DNA of 63,965 nt, filler included, from Trypethelium eluteriae (taxonomy: Eukaryota), in the NCBI GenBank assembly GCA_051942245.1. It is 3 parts of 3 records of this genome, joined end to end, with 100 filler letters (N's around TTAATTAATTAA, not from the genome) between each part and the next. Parts side by side here need not be neighbours in the genome. Positions count along the whole stretch, not along the records: positions 43,249 to 63,965 come from JAVECL010000488.1; 2 more parts are not named here. One strand, given 5' to 3'. The stretch's first letter is position 1, and each line of letters begins with the position of its first letter. The translations under genes and the position numbers were made by a program. The notes beneath the pieces were generated by a model that was not told the DNA's origin, searched no databases, and worked only from the letters and a program-made list of their open reading frames with translations. Shown piece after piece: positions 48,806 through 60,415 of this stretch.

Positions 48806-51800
48806 ATGTCGCAATATCCAAACTATGGCCAAACACAGCAGCCATATCAAGGGCAAGCCAATCCTTCAAACCCGAATCCTCAATTTCGACCACCTGTTGC
48901 GCCGAGCCCAGGAGGATATCAGCAAACTAGCGCAGCATATCCCAATGGCGCTTCCAATCAACAATACATGCAAAATAATGCGCAAGGCTTTTCAGGTCAG
49001 CAGCAAGATCAGAGTTATTTCCCACCACAACAAGGCATACAGCCACAGCAGCAGCACGCGATGGGACAACCAGACATGGCAGGGTTGACAAACCAGATGG
49101 GAGGCATGGGCATAGGAGGAGAAAATGCCGGAGGCTATGGGGCGCCAAGTGCAGAGCGGCCTCGAAAGAAGAGAGACCGGCACGCACACCACACAATCGA
49201 ACAACCTGCTGGAGGCTCCCAAGCCTTCAACGGCATGCCACAAGGCGGAGGTGGAGGTCCGTACGCCAATCAGTTTGCCAATCAATTTAGTCAAGGTGCC
49301 GCTCCAGCAGCAAATCAATTTCCAGTAGCGGCCTCATCATATGCTCCTGGAAGCACCACCATCACGACCGAGCCCCCTCCTCAGCAACCAGGCACTCCGC
49401 TAGTAGGAATGCCAGTACAATCATCGCAAGGGCGTGTAGACCCGGAGCAAATACCAAGTGTACCAAGATCACGAGATGTTCCGGCAGCCCATTTCCTCGA
49501 ACATTTATACCCAACCATCGAACAACATCTTCCTCCTCCCGCAGCCGTACCCTTCGTAGCCTACGACCAGGGCAACGCTTCTCCGAAATTCACTCGCCTG
49601 ACGCTCAACAATATTCCTGCAAGCAATGATCACCTAGCCAGCACCGGATTACCTCTGGGACTTATACTTCAGCCTCTGACTCGACTCCAGGAGGGCGAGC
49701 AACCAATACCTGTGATTGATTACGGTGACGTCGGACCTCCACGATGTAGAAGATGCAGAGCGTACATTAACCCGTTCATGACTTTCCGTTCTGGCGGAAA
49801 CAAATTTGTCTGCAATATGTGTACCTTTCCAAATGATGTTACGCCAGAGTATTTCTCGCCTACGGACCCCAGCGGCATCCGCATCGACCGTATGCAAAGA
49901 CCAGAGCTTCACTTGGGAACTGTGGAGTTCATGGTTCCTAAAGAATATTGGGCCAAGGAGCCTGTGGGGCTGCGCTGGCTTTTCCTCGTAGACGTGAGTG
50001 CAGAGGCGATTAACCGGGGGTTTCTCGATGCTGTCTGCGAAGGTATTCTGAACGCTCTGTACGGGGACTCTAATCCCAATGACGAGGATCCGGGCGCGAA
50101 TGGAGCCGAAAAGAGGAAGCTGCCGGAAGAATCGAGGATTGGGATTGTCACATATGACAGGGAAGTCCATTTTTACAACCTGAGCCCTGGGCTATCGCAA
50201 GCACAGATGATGGTCATGTCCGATGTGGAAGACGCATTTGTACCACTCAGTAAGGGCTTATTCGTCGATCCTGTGGAGTCGCGGAAAGTCATCACCTCAT
50301 TAGTAAAAGAGCTACCCAACATGTTTTCCCAGGTCAAAAGTCCGGACCCTGCTTTGTTGCCTACATTGGACGCAGCACTGGCCGCATTGTCGAAGACTGG
50401 AGGAAAGATCATATGCTCGTTGGCATCACTACCGACATGGGGGCCTGGAAGATTGTTTGTCAGAGATGATGGAAAAATGCATGGGAATGATGCGGAAAAG
50501 AGACTGTTTACGACGGAGCATGCTGAATGGAAGCGGACCGCAAACAAGATGGTTGAATCTGGTGTGGGCGTGGATTTCTTCATGGCCGCACCAAGTGGCG
50601 GCTATCTGGACATTGCAACAATCGGTATGGTCTCTTTTGTGAATTTCGCGTGTTTGGGCTAATTACAAGATAGGCCATGTTTCCGGGTTGACAGGGGGAG
50701 AGGTATACTACTACCCGAACTTCCATGCGCCACGAGATACCCTCAAACTGTCCAACGAAATAAAGCACACAGTCACGCGTGAGACTGGGTATCAAGCTCT
50801 CATGAAAGTCCGCTGCTCCAATGGCCTTCAAGTATCGGCGTATCACGGTAATTTCCTCCAGCATACGTTCGGCGCTGATCTAGAATTCGGAACTATTGAT
50901 GCAGATAAAGCATTGGCTGTTATGTTCAGCTATGATGGTAAACTCGATCCAAGGCTAGACGCGCATTTCCAAAGTGCATTACTTTACACAACAGCCAACG
51001 GTGAGCGCCGGGTGCGATGCAGCAACATCGTTGCTAGCGTTAGTGATGGCGCGATGGAGGGTATGAAATTTGTTGACCAGGATGCTGTCACAAATATCAT
51101 TGCTAGAGAGGCTGCGTCGCGAATGGTCGAGCGATCGCTGAAAGACATTCGCAATGCATTAACAGAAAAGACTGTCGATATTTTGGCAGGTTACAGGAAG
51201 AATTTCTCGGGTTCACATCCACCGGGCCAACTCGTGCTGCCAGAGAATCTGAAGGAGTTTAGTATGTATATGCTCGGTCTTACGAAGTCTCGAGCTTTCA
51301 AGGGTGGACGGGAACCCACGGACCGGAGAGTACATGATGTACGGATGATGAAAAGTATGGGTCCCACAGAAATGTCGCTGTACCTGTACCCCCGCATTTA
51401 CTCAGTACACAACCTTGGAGAGCAGGATGGATTCGCAAATGAGAAGGGCCATCTACGGATGCCAAACTCGATACGAGCATCCTTCTCCAAGATTGAAGAA
51501 GGCGGCGCATACATTGTGGATAACGGCCAAGTTTGCCTCCTTTGGTTGCACGCTCAAGTGTCACCAAACCTACTGGAGGATCTTTTTGGGCCTGAGTACA
51601 CCGATCTTCAGAAGCTTGATCCGTTCATGTCTCAATTGCCCGTCCTCGAGACACATTTGAATGCTCAAGTCCGGAACATCTTGCAATATCTGGAGGGTAC
51701 GCGGGGCTCGAAGGCATTGACTATACAATTAGCTCGGCAAGGTTTGGATGGCGCTGAGTATGAATTTGCTCGACTCTTATACGAAGATCGCAATAATGAA

Positions 51801-51944
51801 GCGCAGAGCTACGTGGATTGGTTGGTTCACTTACATCGACACATCCAGCTTGAGTTAGCAGGACAGAGAAAGAAAGAGGACACATCAGGTGAAGCGACTG
51901 CGCTTGCTGGCTTCGCCGGGTTGAGAGCACCCTATTGGAATTGA
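48806..51944 (+). CDS. SFB3: COPII Sec24 paralogue Sfb3/Lst1 (SEC24C/D-like)
   Basis: Q/P-rich N-terminus, zinc finger RCRRCRAYINPF...CNMC, vWA trunk, LPTWGPG and KVRCSNGL. Intron 50625-50673. Confidence 0.9.
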
Positions 51945-52397
51945 TGTAGGGATGATGGGTATTTCTTTTCTGGCGCAAGCGGTTTCCGGTGGCCTTGTGA
52001 ACAGTTCCAGGAATGGATTATATGGGGAGTCTGTTGAGCGTTCAGTAGTACTAGGCATAGCAAGGCTGGGCGCGTGCGTAGTATCATCATGCTGATTGCT
52101 TTTGGCGTAAAAATTCAGATTTCAGGTTCGAAAGCTTGGGTCGCAAAAATACCAGTGATTTGTCTTGAAGAAAGCTCAGGAGTGGTCGAAACTGCCTGCC
52201 TACCTTTACCTGGCACGCCTGGGTACCTCTTAGTAGGTAGTTACTAATTATTACTCACGGCTACGATACCCCAGACTAGAATGGCCTAGCCCGATTTGAC
52301 CTAGCGTCCGCACACTGCGTTGAGCGAGACTGCACAAATTCAACTTCCGCATTTCGGCCGACTCAACAACTACCACCTATCGAGTAGCCAGCAGAAA

Positions 52398-53238
52398 ATG
52401 CCTACCAGGAAAACGAAAACGAGAAAACAGTACGTTAGCTTTTGAGCGACTGAGACACATCCATTCCTAACCTGCCGCAGCCGCGGCCACGTCTCGGCCG
52501 GCCATGGTCGCATTGGCAAGCACCGAAAGCAGTGAGCTTCACAACTCTGATCGTCCCACGTATCAAATGTGCTGACAGCCTTACTGTCCTGGAGGACGAG
52601 GTCTTGCGGGTGGCCAGCATCATCATAGAACCAACATGGTACCATTCAGCCCTTGTCTTTGTTGCCATTATCTTCGCTAACATAAGAATTAGGATAAATA
52701 CCAGTGTGTAATCCGGTGCGAATGGTGGCTTTGAATGCACGACGTTGACTTTGCTCCAGTCCAGGTTACTTCGGAAAAGTCGGCATGAGGTTCGTAGCTG
52801 GAATACTGTAATCCAATATCTCTATCATACTAAAGATTTCCAGATATTGTACGTCAATTAGGCCTCTTTGGTCGATTCGCAGGATCTTAACCATTTCCTA
52901 GTCCACAAACTTCAGAACCAATTCTGGCGCCCTGTGATCAACCTCGATAAGGTGAGCCCAATCATCTGGGGAAAGAAAGTGTATCGGTGTTTGCGGTGAC
53001 GCCTGACATTGTTTTCAAGCTCTGGTCCCTCGTCCCTGCAGAGAAGCGCGACGAATACCTGTCCGGCAACAAGAAAGATACCGCGCCTGTCCTCGATCTT
53101 CTCCCTCTCGGTTACTCAAAGGTCCTTGGCAAGGGTAGACTACCAGAAGTGCCATTAATAGTGCGCGCAAGATTTTTCAGCGCAGAGGCAGAGCGCAAGA
53201 TCAAAGAGGCTGGTGGTGTCGTGCAATTGGTGGCATAG
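52398..53238 (+). CDS. RPL28: 60S ribosomal protein uL15 (L28/L27a, CYH2), 8 exons
   Basis: Exons 52398-429, 52481-531, 52587-638, 52693-703, 52760-789, 52844-848, 52902-951 and 53020-238 total 450 nt (149 aa): [63 protein letters not shown]...KVLGKG...AGG. Intron 2 needs a TG acceptor. Confidence 0.95.
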
Positions 53239-53413
53239 AGAACGGACAAGGGATGGGATGATAAAGTGGGATCAAGTTGATATAAACTGGGTCCAGGGCA
53301 TGCCTTTACGGCGTTGGCTCTTTAAGCGTGGTGGCTGAGGAATGACCTCGATTGTTCATAGTATTGAATACGAGTCATTCCTGAACAAACCTTTTACCCA
53401 GATATTCTGAGTG

Positions 53414-53534
53414 TCGCGCTGATGACAGTGGGGCGCATTAATGATGGGGTATCCTCATCTACAGGTATGTGGCAATTTGGCATGACTACTCCATTCGTAT
53501 TAGGTTGTCCGCTTTGAGGACACTCTGAGCGTGA
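53414..53534 (+). ncRNA. Weak candidate box C/D snoRNA
   Basis: TGATGA at 53420-25 and CTGA at 53525-28, closed by TCGCGC/GCGTGA complementarity. No rRNA target recognised. Confidence 0.2.
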
Positions 53535-53736
53535 AAGGTAGGTCTTGATATTGAACTTGTGATAAAAGGCAAAACACCCTGAAATGCCAATACAAGCAAC
53601 TAATTCATATGCGTTCCAAATGATGCTCCACGCTTAAATGGTATCTTGAAGAAGCGAATCCCCAGCCATGCAATCAACATATCCTCCCGCTGAACTCCTA
53701 TCCCATGAATGCGTAGGGCCAACAGAACTCACGTCT

Positions 53737-55229
53737 TCACGTCGTTACGACATCCATCTCATCTTCACCCTCCTCTCCAACGCCCCTCTTCATGATAAAA
53801 GGATGCGCCAAAGCCTGATCCGCCGTAATCCTCTTCTCCGGATTCAACTCAAAACACTCCTGCATAAAAGTCACCGCTTCCAACTCCTCTTTCGACAACC
53901 CAGCGCCTCCCTTTGCGACCCTTTCACTCCCACTCGGCCGTCCCAAGCACCACAACACCAGCTTCTGAAACCCATGCCCCCCCTCCGTCACCGTCGGTAT
54001 ACTCGTCTCAAACACCTGCCCATGCAACAACGCCGCCTCCCGCATCCGCCTCTTCCCAAAGATCGTCGCCAGCTCAATCAACGCATCGATATCATCCGCA
54101 CTATGGAAGAACGGAAACCGGCGCGTCAACAACGTCAGCAAGATCACGCCCGCGCTCCACACATCAATCGCCGTCGTCTGCGCCGTACACTTCAGCAGCA
54201 CCTCCGGCGCGCGGAACCCCCTCGTCCCCGCACGATTCGCGCGCCGCGTCGCCCTCGCATCGCTGCGCGGCACCGCGGGGACGAGGGTGTCGGTGGCAGG
54301 GGTGACGCCGCGGTCGACCAGCGAGTTCGAGTAGGCGCTGCTCTGGACAGCGTACTGGCGGTCGCGCGGGTCGAGCTGGCAGGTGCAGAAGTGGGCGTCG
54401 GTGCCCTGGCGCTCGGCGAGGCCGAAGTCGACGAGGACGCCGCGCGCGTGCGTCGGCGAGTACAGGAAGTTGGTTGGCTTGATGTCGCGGTGTAGGATGT
54501 TGTGGTCGTGTACGGCTTTCAGCGCGGTGAAGAGGCTGTGGAAGTAGTGCCGCATGTCGGAGATGGTGAAGTCGCGGAAGTATTCGCGGAAGTCGCGGTG
54601 TTGGAAGTAGGGGAGTACCGCGATGACTTGGTCTTGGTGCCGGAAGGCGGTGATGAGTGGGCAGACGGAGGTCGAGTCGCGCAGGTCGTGGAGGAGTTCC
54701 AGCTCGTTGAGGATTCGTCCAGGTGAGGAGGTGGCATAGATTTTTTTGATGGCGACGCAGTGGGGCTTTTGGCGGTGGGCGAACATGCGTCGTCTACTAG
54801 ATGGAGAGCTCCATTTGGCATTCTCTTTGGCTTCGACGTCCCAGTCATTTTGATAGGCATCGTAATGAAGGTCCTCGGCTTTATACACGGTTGAAAATGT
54901 TCCTAGTAGCGAAGATCAGTGACCAGCTTGGTGGAAAGGTATGATTGCGAGGTTCGTGTACCCTCGCCTATTCTATTGATGAGTCGGTATCTTCTGGTTA
55001 TGCCCTTGAAGCTATCCTGAAACTTTTGCATATCCTCAATAACATAATCGTCAATCTCATCATCGCTCTCGTCTGAATGCGTACCACCACTCTCTTCCAA
55101 AGGATCTTTGCTCTCGTCCATCTCTTCTGTATCCTCTGAGTCGTGCCATTGTTCCTCAGTTGCCGCGGACCTCGTGTTCTGAATATTAATATCTTCGACC
55201 AAGGCTCGAGATTCAACCTGCCTTGCCAT
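53737..55229 (-). CDS. CDC7: DDK catalytic kinase Cdc7/Hsk1
   Basis: IGEG/TFSTVYKA, KKIYATSSP, HRDIKPTNF, DFGLA and RANRAGTRGFRAPEVL. Intron 54960-54903. Confidence 0.95.
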
Positions 55230-55525
55230 TCCCCTTTGCGTTCCCTGACGTGGACGCGTCAATCTACTTCAGGCGGGGAGCAATAAGTTTGCCTGAGGTG
55301 CTTGCGCTTGCCCACAAGGATGGACGCTATTATGACCCGCACTAAACCCGATCCGAATAAACGTAAACATCGCGACTGCATCATCGTTATCTGACTGTCC
55401 CTGCACTCACTCTCGCAACGCTGATCACTTTCGACGTTTGACACATCTGTGTTTGGGGTGTTTACGTCTCTAAAATCTCTTTTTGATGTTCCTAAGTTGT
55501 CTTTTCGCACTCTACTGGTGCAACG
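55230..55525. promoter_or_regulatory. Bidirectional CDC7/YCS4 promoter with MCB and forkhead-type motifs
   Basis: ACGCGT at 55254-59. ACGTAAACA at 55361-69 and its exact reverse complement TGTTTACGT at 55459-67. Confidence 0.5.
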
Positions 55526-58500
55526 ATGGACAGCGGTGCTGACTTTGACGTGAACGAGGCACTCAAGGCCTACCTGAGCGATCCTGCCAGCATTCAGACT
55601 CCTGAAGCAGACTCTGCATTACTTGACTGCGAGTCAGATCCTGAGTCGCTTTCTGCAGCTGTCATAAATGAGGCATTGAATCCTATCGTCGATGCTGTTG
55701 CGGAGAATCCTGAAGCAATCAACAGCAAGTCGTCGCTTGATTCTTTGCAATTTCTACTCAAGTGTGCACCCACCATCCCTCTAAAAAATCAACCATATGT
55801 GAATGAGCCTGACTGTTTGCTTTTCAAACTCTCCAGATCGACATCTTATCTACCCACGACCTCCTTAAGCAAGATCCTAGATCTAATAGTGTCTGGTCTT
55901 TCTACTGAAGCAGATGTCATCCATAATGAGTTGGATTCGGATGAACAAGATTCAATACAGGGTTTCAAACAAGTACTGGAAATCCTCGGGTTTCTCTTGC
56001 AATGGGCTATTGCAGCAGTCGAAATAAAGGCCGCCGAGAAGCCTTCTTCTGGGGCCCCTGCTCGCGGTCGTGGAGGCAAAGGTGCTAAATCGAAGGCTGG
56101 CGCAAGTAAAGAGACTGCTTGGGACTCTTTATCACAGCTACAGACTGCCATGGACATCATGGCTAAGGTCCTGAAACTGAAGCTTGCTAAGATTTTCCTT
56201 ACAACTTCTGAACGAGATACATTCATTGGCCTCTTCACCAGACCAGTCTACCTCATCTTGGAGAATGAGTCAAGAGTGAAGAATACGGCTATACGAATGC
56301 ATGCATTCAAGGTCTTGTGCATTGCTGTCAAGCATCATGGACACGGCTTTGGTACGACAACATGAGTCTCAATATCTAAGAGCTTTGAGGAACCGTATTA
56401 AGATTTTTCTGACGCATTCCATAGGTGCACAAACCTCGATCATCCAAAATCTTTCCTACTTCGAGCATCTTTCGGAACCGATGGCTGAGTTCCTTCACAT
56501 TTTGGCTGAGCAGTACGATCATCCACAGCTTACTGAAGAAATCTTGAGAGAATTGAGCAACAAAGAGTTCAATAGCAATGATCTCAAGGGCCCAAAATCC
56601 GTCTCAACATTTGTGGCAAAAATCTCTGAACTGGCCCCAAGACTGGTCATCAAGCAAATGATGTTGCTGGCTAAGCTTCTGGACAGTGAATCTTACACCC
56701 TCCGTTGTGCTATTATCGAGGTGTGCGGGAACCTCATCGCTATGTTGAGTAAGCAGGAAGACGAGGAGCGCAGTGAAAACCACAAAGGCCAAATCAATGC
56801 ATTCTTTGATGTACTTGAGGAGCGATTCTTGGATATAAATCCCTACTGCCGGTGTCGAGCAATACAAGTTTTTGTCAAGCTCTGTGATCTAGAGCAGAAG
56901 TTTCCAAAACGAAGGCAGGCTGCAGCAGAACTGGCAGCCCGAAGTCTTGAGGACAAGAGCAGCAACGTCAGGCGTAACGCAATAAAACTTCTCGGCAAGC
57001 TTGTATCAACGCATCCCTTTGGAGTTCTACATGGTGGCCAATTATCGCATAAAGAATGGAATGCAAGACTTCAGACTTGTCAGGAGGAGATTGATGCTTT
57101 GGATCCCCCATCTAAAAGCCCTGAAAATGGGGCAAAGATATCAAATGAAACCAGCGTCGATGATGGACTTCTGGACGACAAGACCCAAATAGAGCACGAC
57201 TCTGGCCAGGACAAATCACAAGCGAATGAAGAAAGCAATGCAGCAGCATTAGAAAAGGCAGCAGCAGAGGCTGCTACTGCTGAAGCAATGAACAAACTCC
57301 AGCTTACGCGACGCTATTATACCGAAGCCCTTCGTTTTATTGAGGTCATCCACGAGGCCTCCCCTACGGTGATTCAGCTTCTGGCCTCAAAAAACAAGTC
57401 TGAAATAATCGAGGCCATGGATTTCTTCGTCATTCTGGATGCATACAAAATTGAGACAGCTCGTGATGGTATCAGACGCATGCTCCGGCTCATATGGACG
57501 AAAGGCAATAGTGACGAAGGTAAAGGCGTGCAGACACATCTGATCGACTGCTACAAGGGACTTTTCTTCGACGCTCCGGATCAGTTCTCTACAAATGACG
57601 CTGCGAATTATGTTGCTCGCAATATGATTTCGCTGACATTTGGCGCATCTCCCGCCGAGCTGACAAGCCTTGAGCAACTTCTGGCGACTATGATGAAACA
57701 AGAGTTGATTAGTGAAGCAGTCATTCAAAAGCTATGGCAGGTTTATGGCGTGCAGAAGAAAGAAATTTCAGCGAAGCAAAGACGAGGGGCTGTCATAGTT
57801 CTAGGAATGTTAGCTTTGGCAGACCCTGAAATTGTTGTCAAAGACATGGAGACATGCTTAAGGATTGGGTTGGGTTCGTTCGGAAGGGCAGATCTTGGAC
57901 TTGCGAGATATACCTGCGTTGCTCTAAGGAGAATCAACGCCAGTGGGGGGAAGACAAAAGGGTTGGAGAACAAGATAGCCACCACAAGGCTTCCGAACGA
58001 CCATGCCATCCTGGTAAAACTAGCTGCGATGACACATGTCGAGTCAAACAGCAAGGAGTGGTTTGGAGTTGCAGAGCAGGCAGTTGGAGCAATATACGCC
58101 TTATCGAAACATCCAGACATTCTCTGCACGGAGATCATACAGCAGAAAACCAGACATGTATTCCAAAAACAGGTGCAACAGCCTCCGGAAAGTTCTACAG
58201 TCGCCGATCAGACTGGTTTGGGTACACCACCGCCCGAAGAAGGCCCAGGTCAAGAGGAGCAGAGGAACAATCAGTCGTCAGCTTTAGCCCTCGCGCAATT
58301 ACTCTTCATCGTCGGTCACGTTGCAATCAAACAGATTGTCCACCTCGAGCTCTGTGAACTCGACTTCAAACGACGGAAAGTCGAGAAGGAAAAGACCGCA
58401 AAACCAGCCGCCTCGCCTTCCAAAAAACCCCCTCCATCTACTAAGAAAGGAGGCAATGATAAGCGCAAGTCCGCCGAGCCCACAGAAGAGCCCGACGAAC

Positions 58501-59380
58501 TCGATCTCATGGCCGGCACGACCGAAGACGACTTCACCGACGCCATCAACTCAATCCGCGAGAGGGAACTCCTGTACTCCCCGCAAGCCCTCCTCTCCTC
58601 CTTCGGTCCCCTCGCCGCCGAGATCTGCGCCAACAACACGCAATACGCGCACCGCGAGCTCCAAGCACAAGCGGCGCTGTGCATGGCCAAGCTCATGTGC
58701 GTAAGCGCCGAGTACTGCGAGGCGCACCTCGGGCTCCTGCTTACAGTTCTGGAGCGCAGCCAGGACGCGACGACGCGGGGGAACCTAGTGATTGCGTTAG
58801 GGGACATGGCGGTGTGCTTCAATCACCTGCTCGACGAGAACACGGATTTCCTGTATCGGCGGCTCAGCGACGGGGATGCGCGGGTGAAGCGGACGTGTCT
58901 GATGACGCTGACGTTTTTGATCTTGGCGGGGCAGGTGAAGGTGAAGGGCCAGTTGGGGGAGATGGCCAAGTGTCTTGAGGATGCGGATCGTAAGATTAGT
59001 GATTTGACGAGGATGTTCTTTACCGAGTTGGCGGGTAAGGATAATGCGGTGTACAACCATTTCGTGGATATGTTCAGTCTCCTGAGCGCGGATGGGGAGT
59101 TGGAGGAGGAAGGGTTTAGGAGGATTGTGAAGTTTTTGGCTGGATTTGTGGAGAAGGTGAGATATATGAGAGCGCTTTCAAGATCGATGGACGCTAATTG
59201 TAACGGCAGGACAAACATGCTAAGCAGCTGGCCAATAAGCTTGCGGCACGACTTCAGAGATGCGAGAATGAGAGGCAGTGGAACGATGTTGCTTACGCCT
59301 TGGGCCTGCTTCAGCATAAGGATGAGGAGATCCAGAAGCAAATCTCGGAAGGTTTCCAGATTGTTCAAGCAACGGCGTGA
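55526..59380 (+). CDS. YCS4: Condensin HEAT subunit Ycs4/Cnd1 (CAP-D2)
   Basis: YFEHLSEPMAE, ERFLDINPYCR, DKSSNVRRNAI, GQVKVKGQLGEMAKCL and KDNAVYN. Introns 55762-55836, 56352-56424 and 59157-59209. Confidence 0.95.
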
Positions 59381-59567
59381 GACACGTCATGGCATACTTC
59401 CAGCGAGTATCACGGCGTTTTGGAGCAATTTGAGTGTGGCACCGATAGCTTTTGGTATTGGAGCGGATTGGTTACTATTCCTTAGAAAATCCTTGTCCTC
59501 AAATTCTTTCGTATATCATTGTACATACCGTTGTACTAAAGAGACATAGTCGCTCCACACCTTGTCC

Positions 59568-60256
59568 TCAGCAGCGCAATTCTTGTGGGCCTTCTGAGTA
59601 GTCATAGTACGATTGTTTCAATGCCGTTCCCTCTTTTAGGTACAAAACCAGCCTGTAGGCGGTGTTTCCATTGAGGTAGTATCTGTGTAATCTTTTCGTC
59701 CGTAGGAAACCCAGACGCTCGTACAGTTTGTTCGAGGCGACATTTGAGACTTCAGTCTCGAGAGCAATCTACAAGCTTTCAGTGCTAATTTTGCAGGAGC
59801 ACCTGTTTATTTCACGAAATTACCTCATCGGCGTCTCGAGCTTGCATTGCTTCTATGGCCAGGCTAACAAGCTTCGTAGCAATCCCTTTACCGCGGTGTG
59901 CTTCCTGGGTCGCGAGCATAGCGATGTAGCCTCTCATAGGACCGCCACGATGAGGTTCAAGCTTGCAAATCACGACTCCGATCAGTCTGTCGGCTCTGTC
60001 CAGGGCCTGCAAAGACCATCAGTTTCAGCTACATTCGAGATCATCCCGCGTGAATTACCATAAAGCACAGATCGCTCCATTGGTAGAGGAAGTAGCGATA
60101 GACATAGATACTGTATGGTTCGGAGAGGTCCTTCGAGATCAGCTGACGGATTTGAGGGAGCAGCTCGTCCTCTCTGTCATTGTCATATTGGACATAACGT
60201 AGTTCCGGGATCTCGGACTTTCCTCCCACTACCGGAAGAGCATTCTTGCTGCTCAT
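59568..60256 (-). CDS. MAK3: NatC catalytic N-acetyltransferase Mak3/Naa30
   Basis: DLSEPYSIYVYRYF, RGYIAML...RGKGIA, ALETEVSN and RLHRYYLNG. Two introns at about 60058-60008 and 59823-59770. Confidence 0.93.
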
Positions 60257-60415
60257 CCCAAGCGGCGACGGTGTAGAAGTGGGATGACGGAGGGGTGACA
60301 AAGCTTGGACAGAAAGTTTCCATACAGACAGCTAATAGTACTAAGCTCCGAACAACAAACACACAACTCCTATCTTGTCCGACGCACGACCTTCCCGTCG
60401 GTGCAGTAATGCGCC

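Noticed and set aside
52790..52901. Possible stwintron in RPL28 introns 5-6
   Set aside because: The intervening ATATT is needed for the conserved RYF codons, so it is a true micro-exon.
53668..54495. 275-aa ORF antisense to CDC7, and similar shadow ORFs over IRC20, YCS4, pacC and EFM4
   Set aside because: R/P-rich translations are explained by GC-rich skewed codon usage on the opposite strand.
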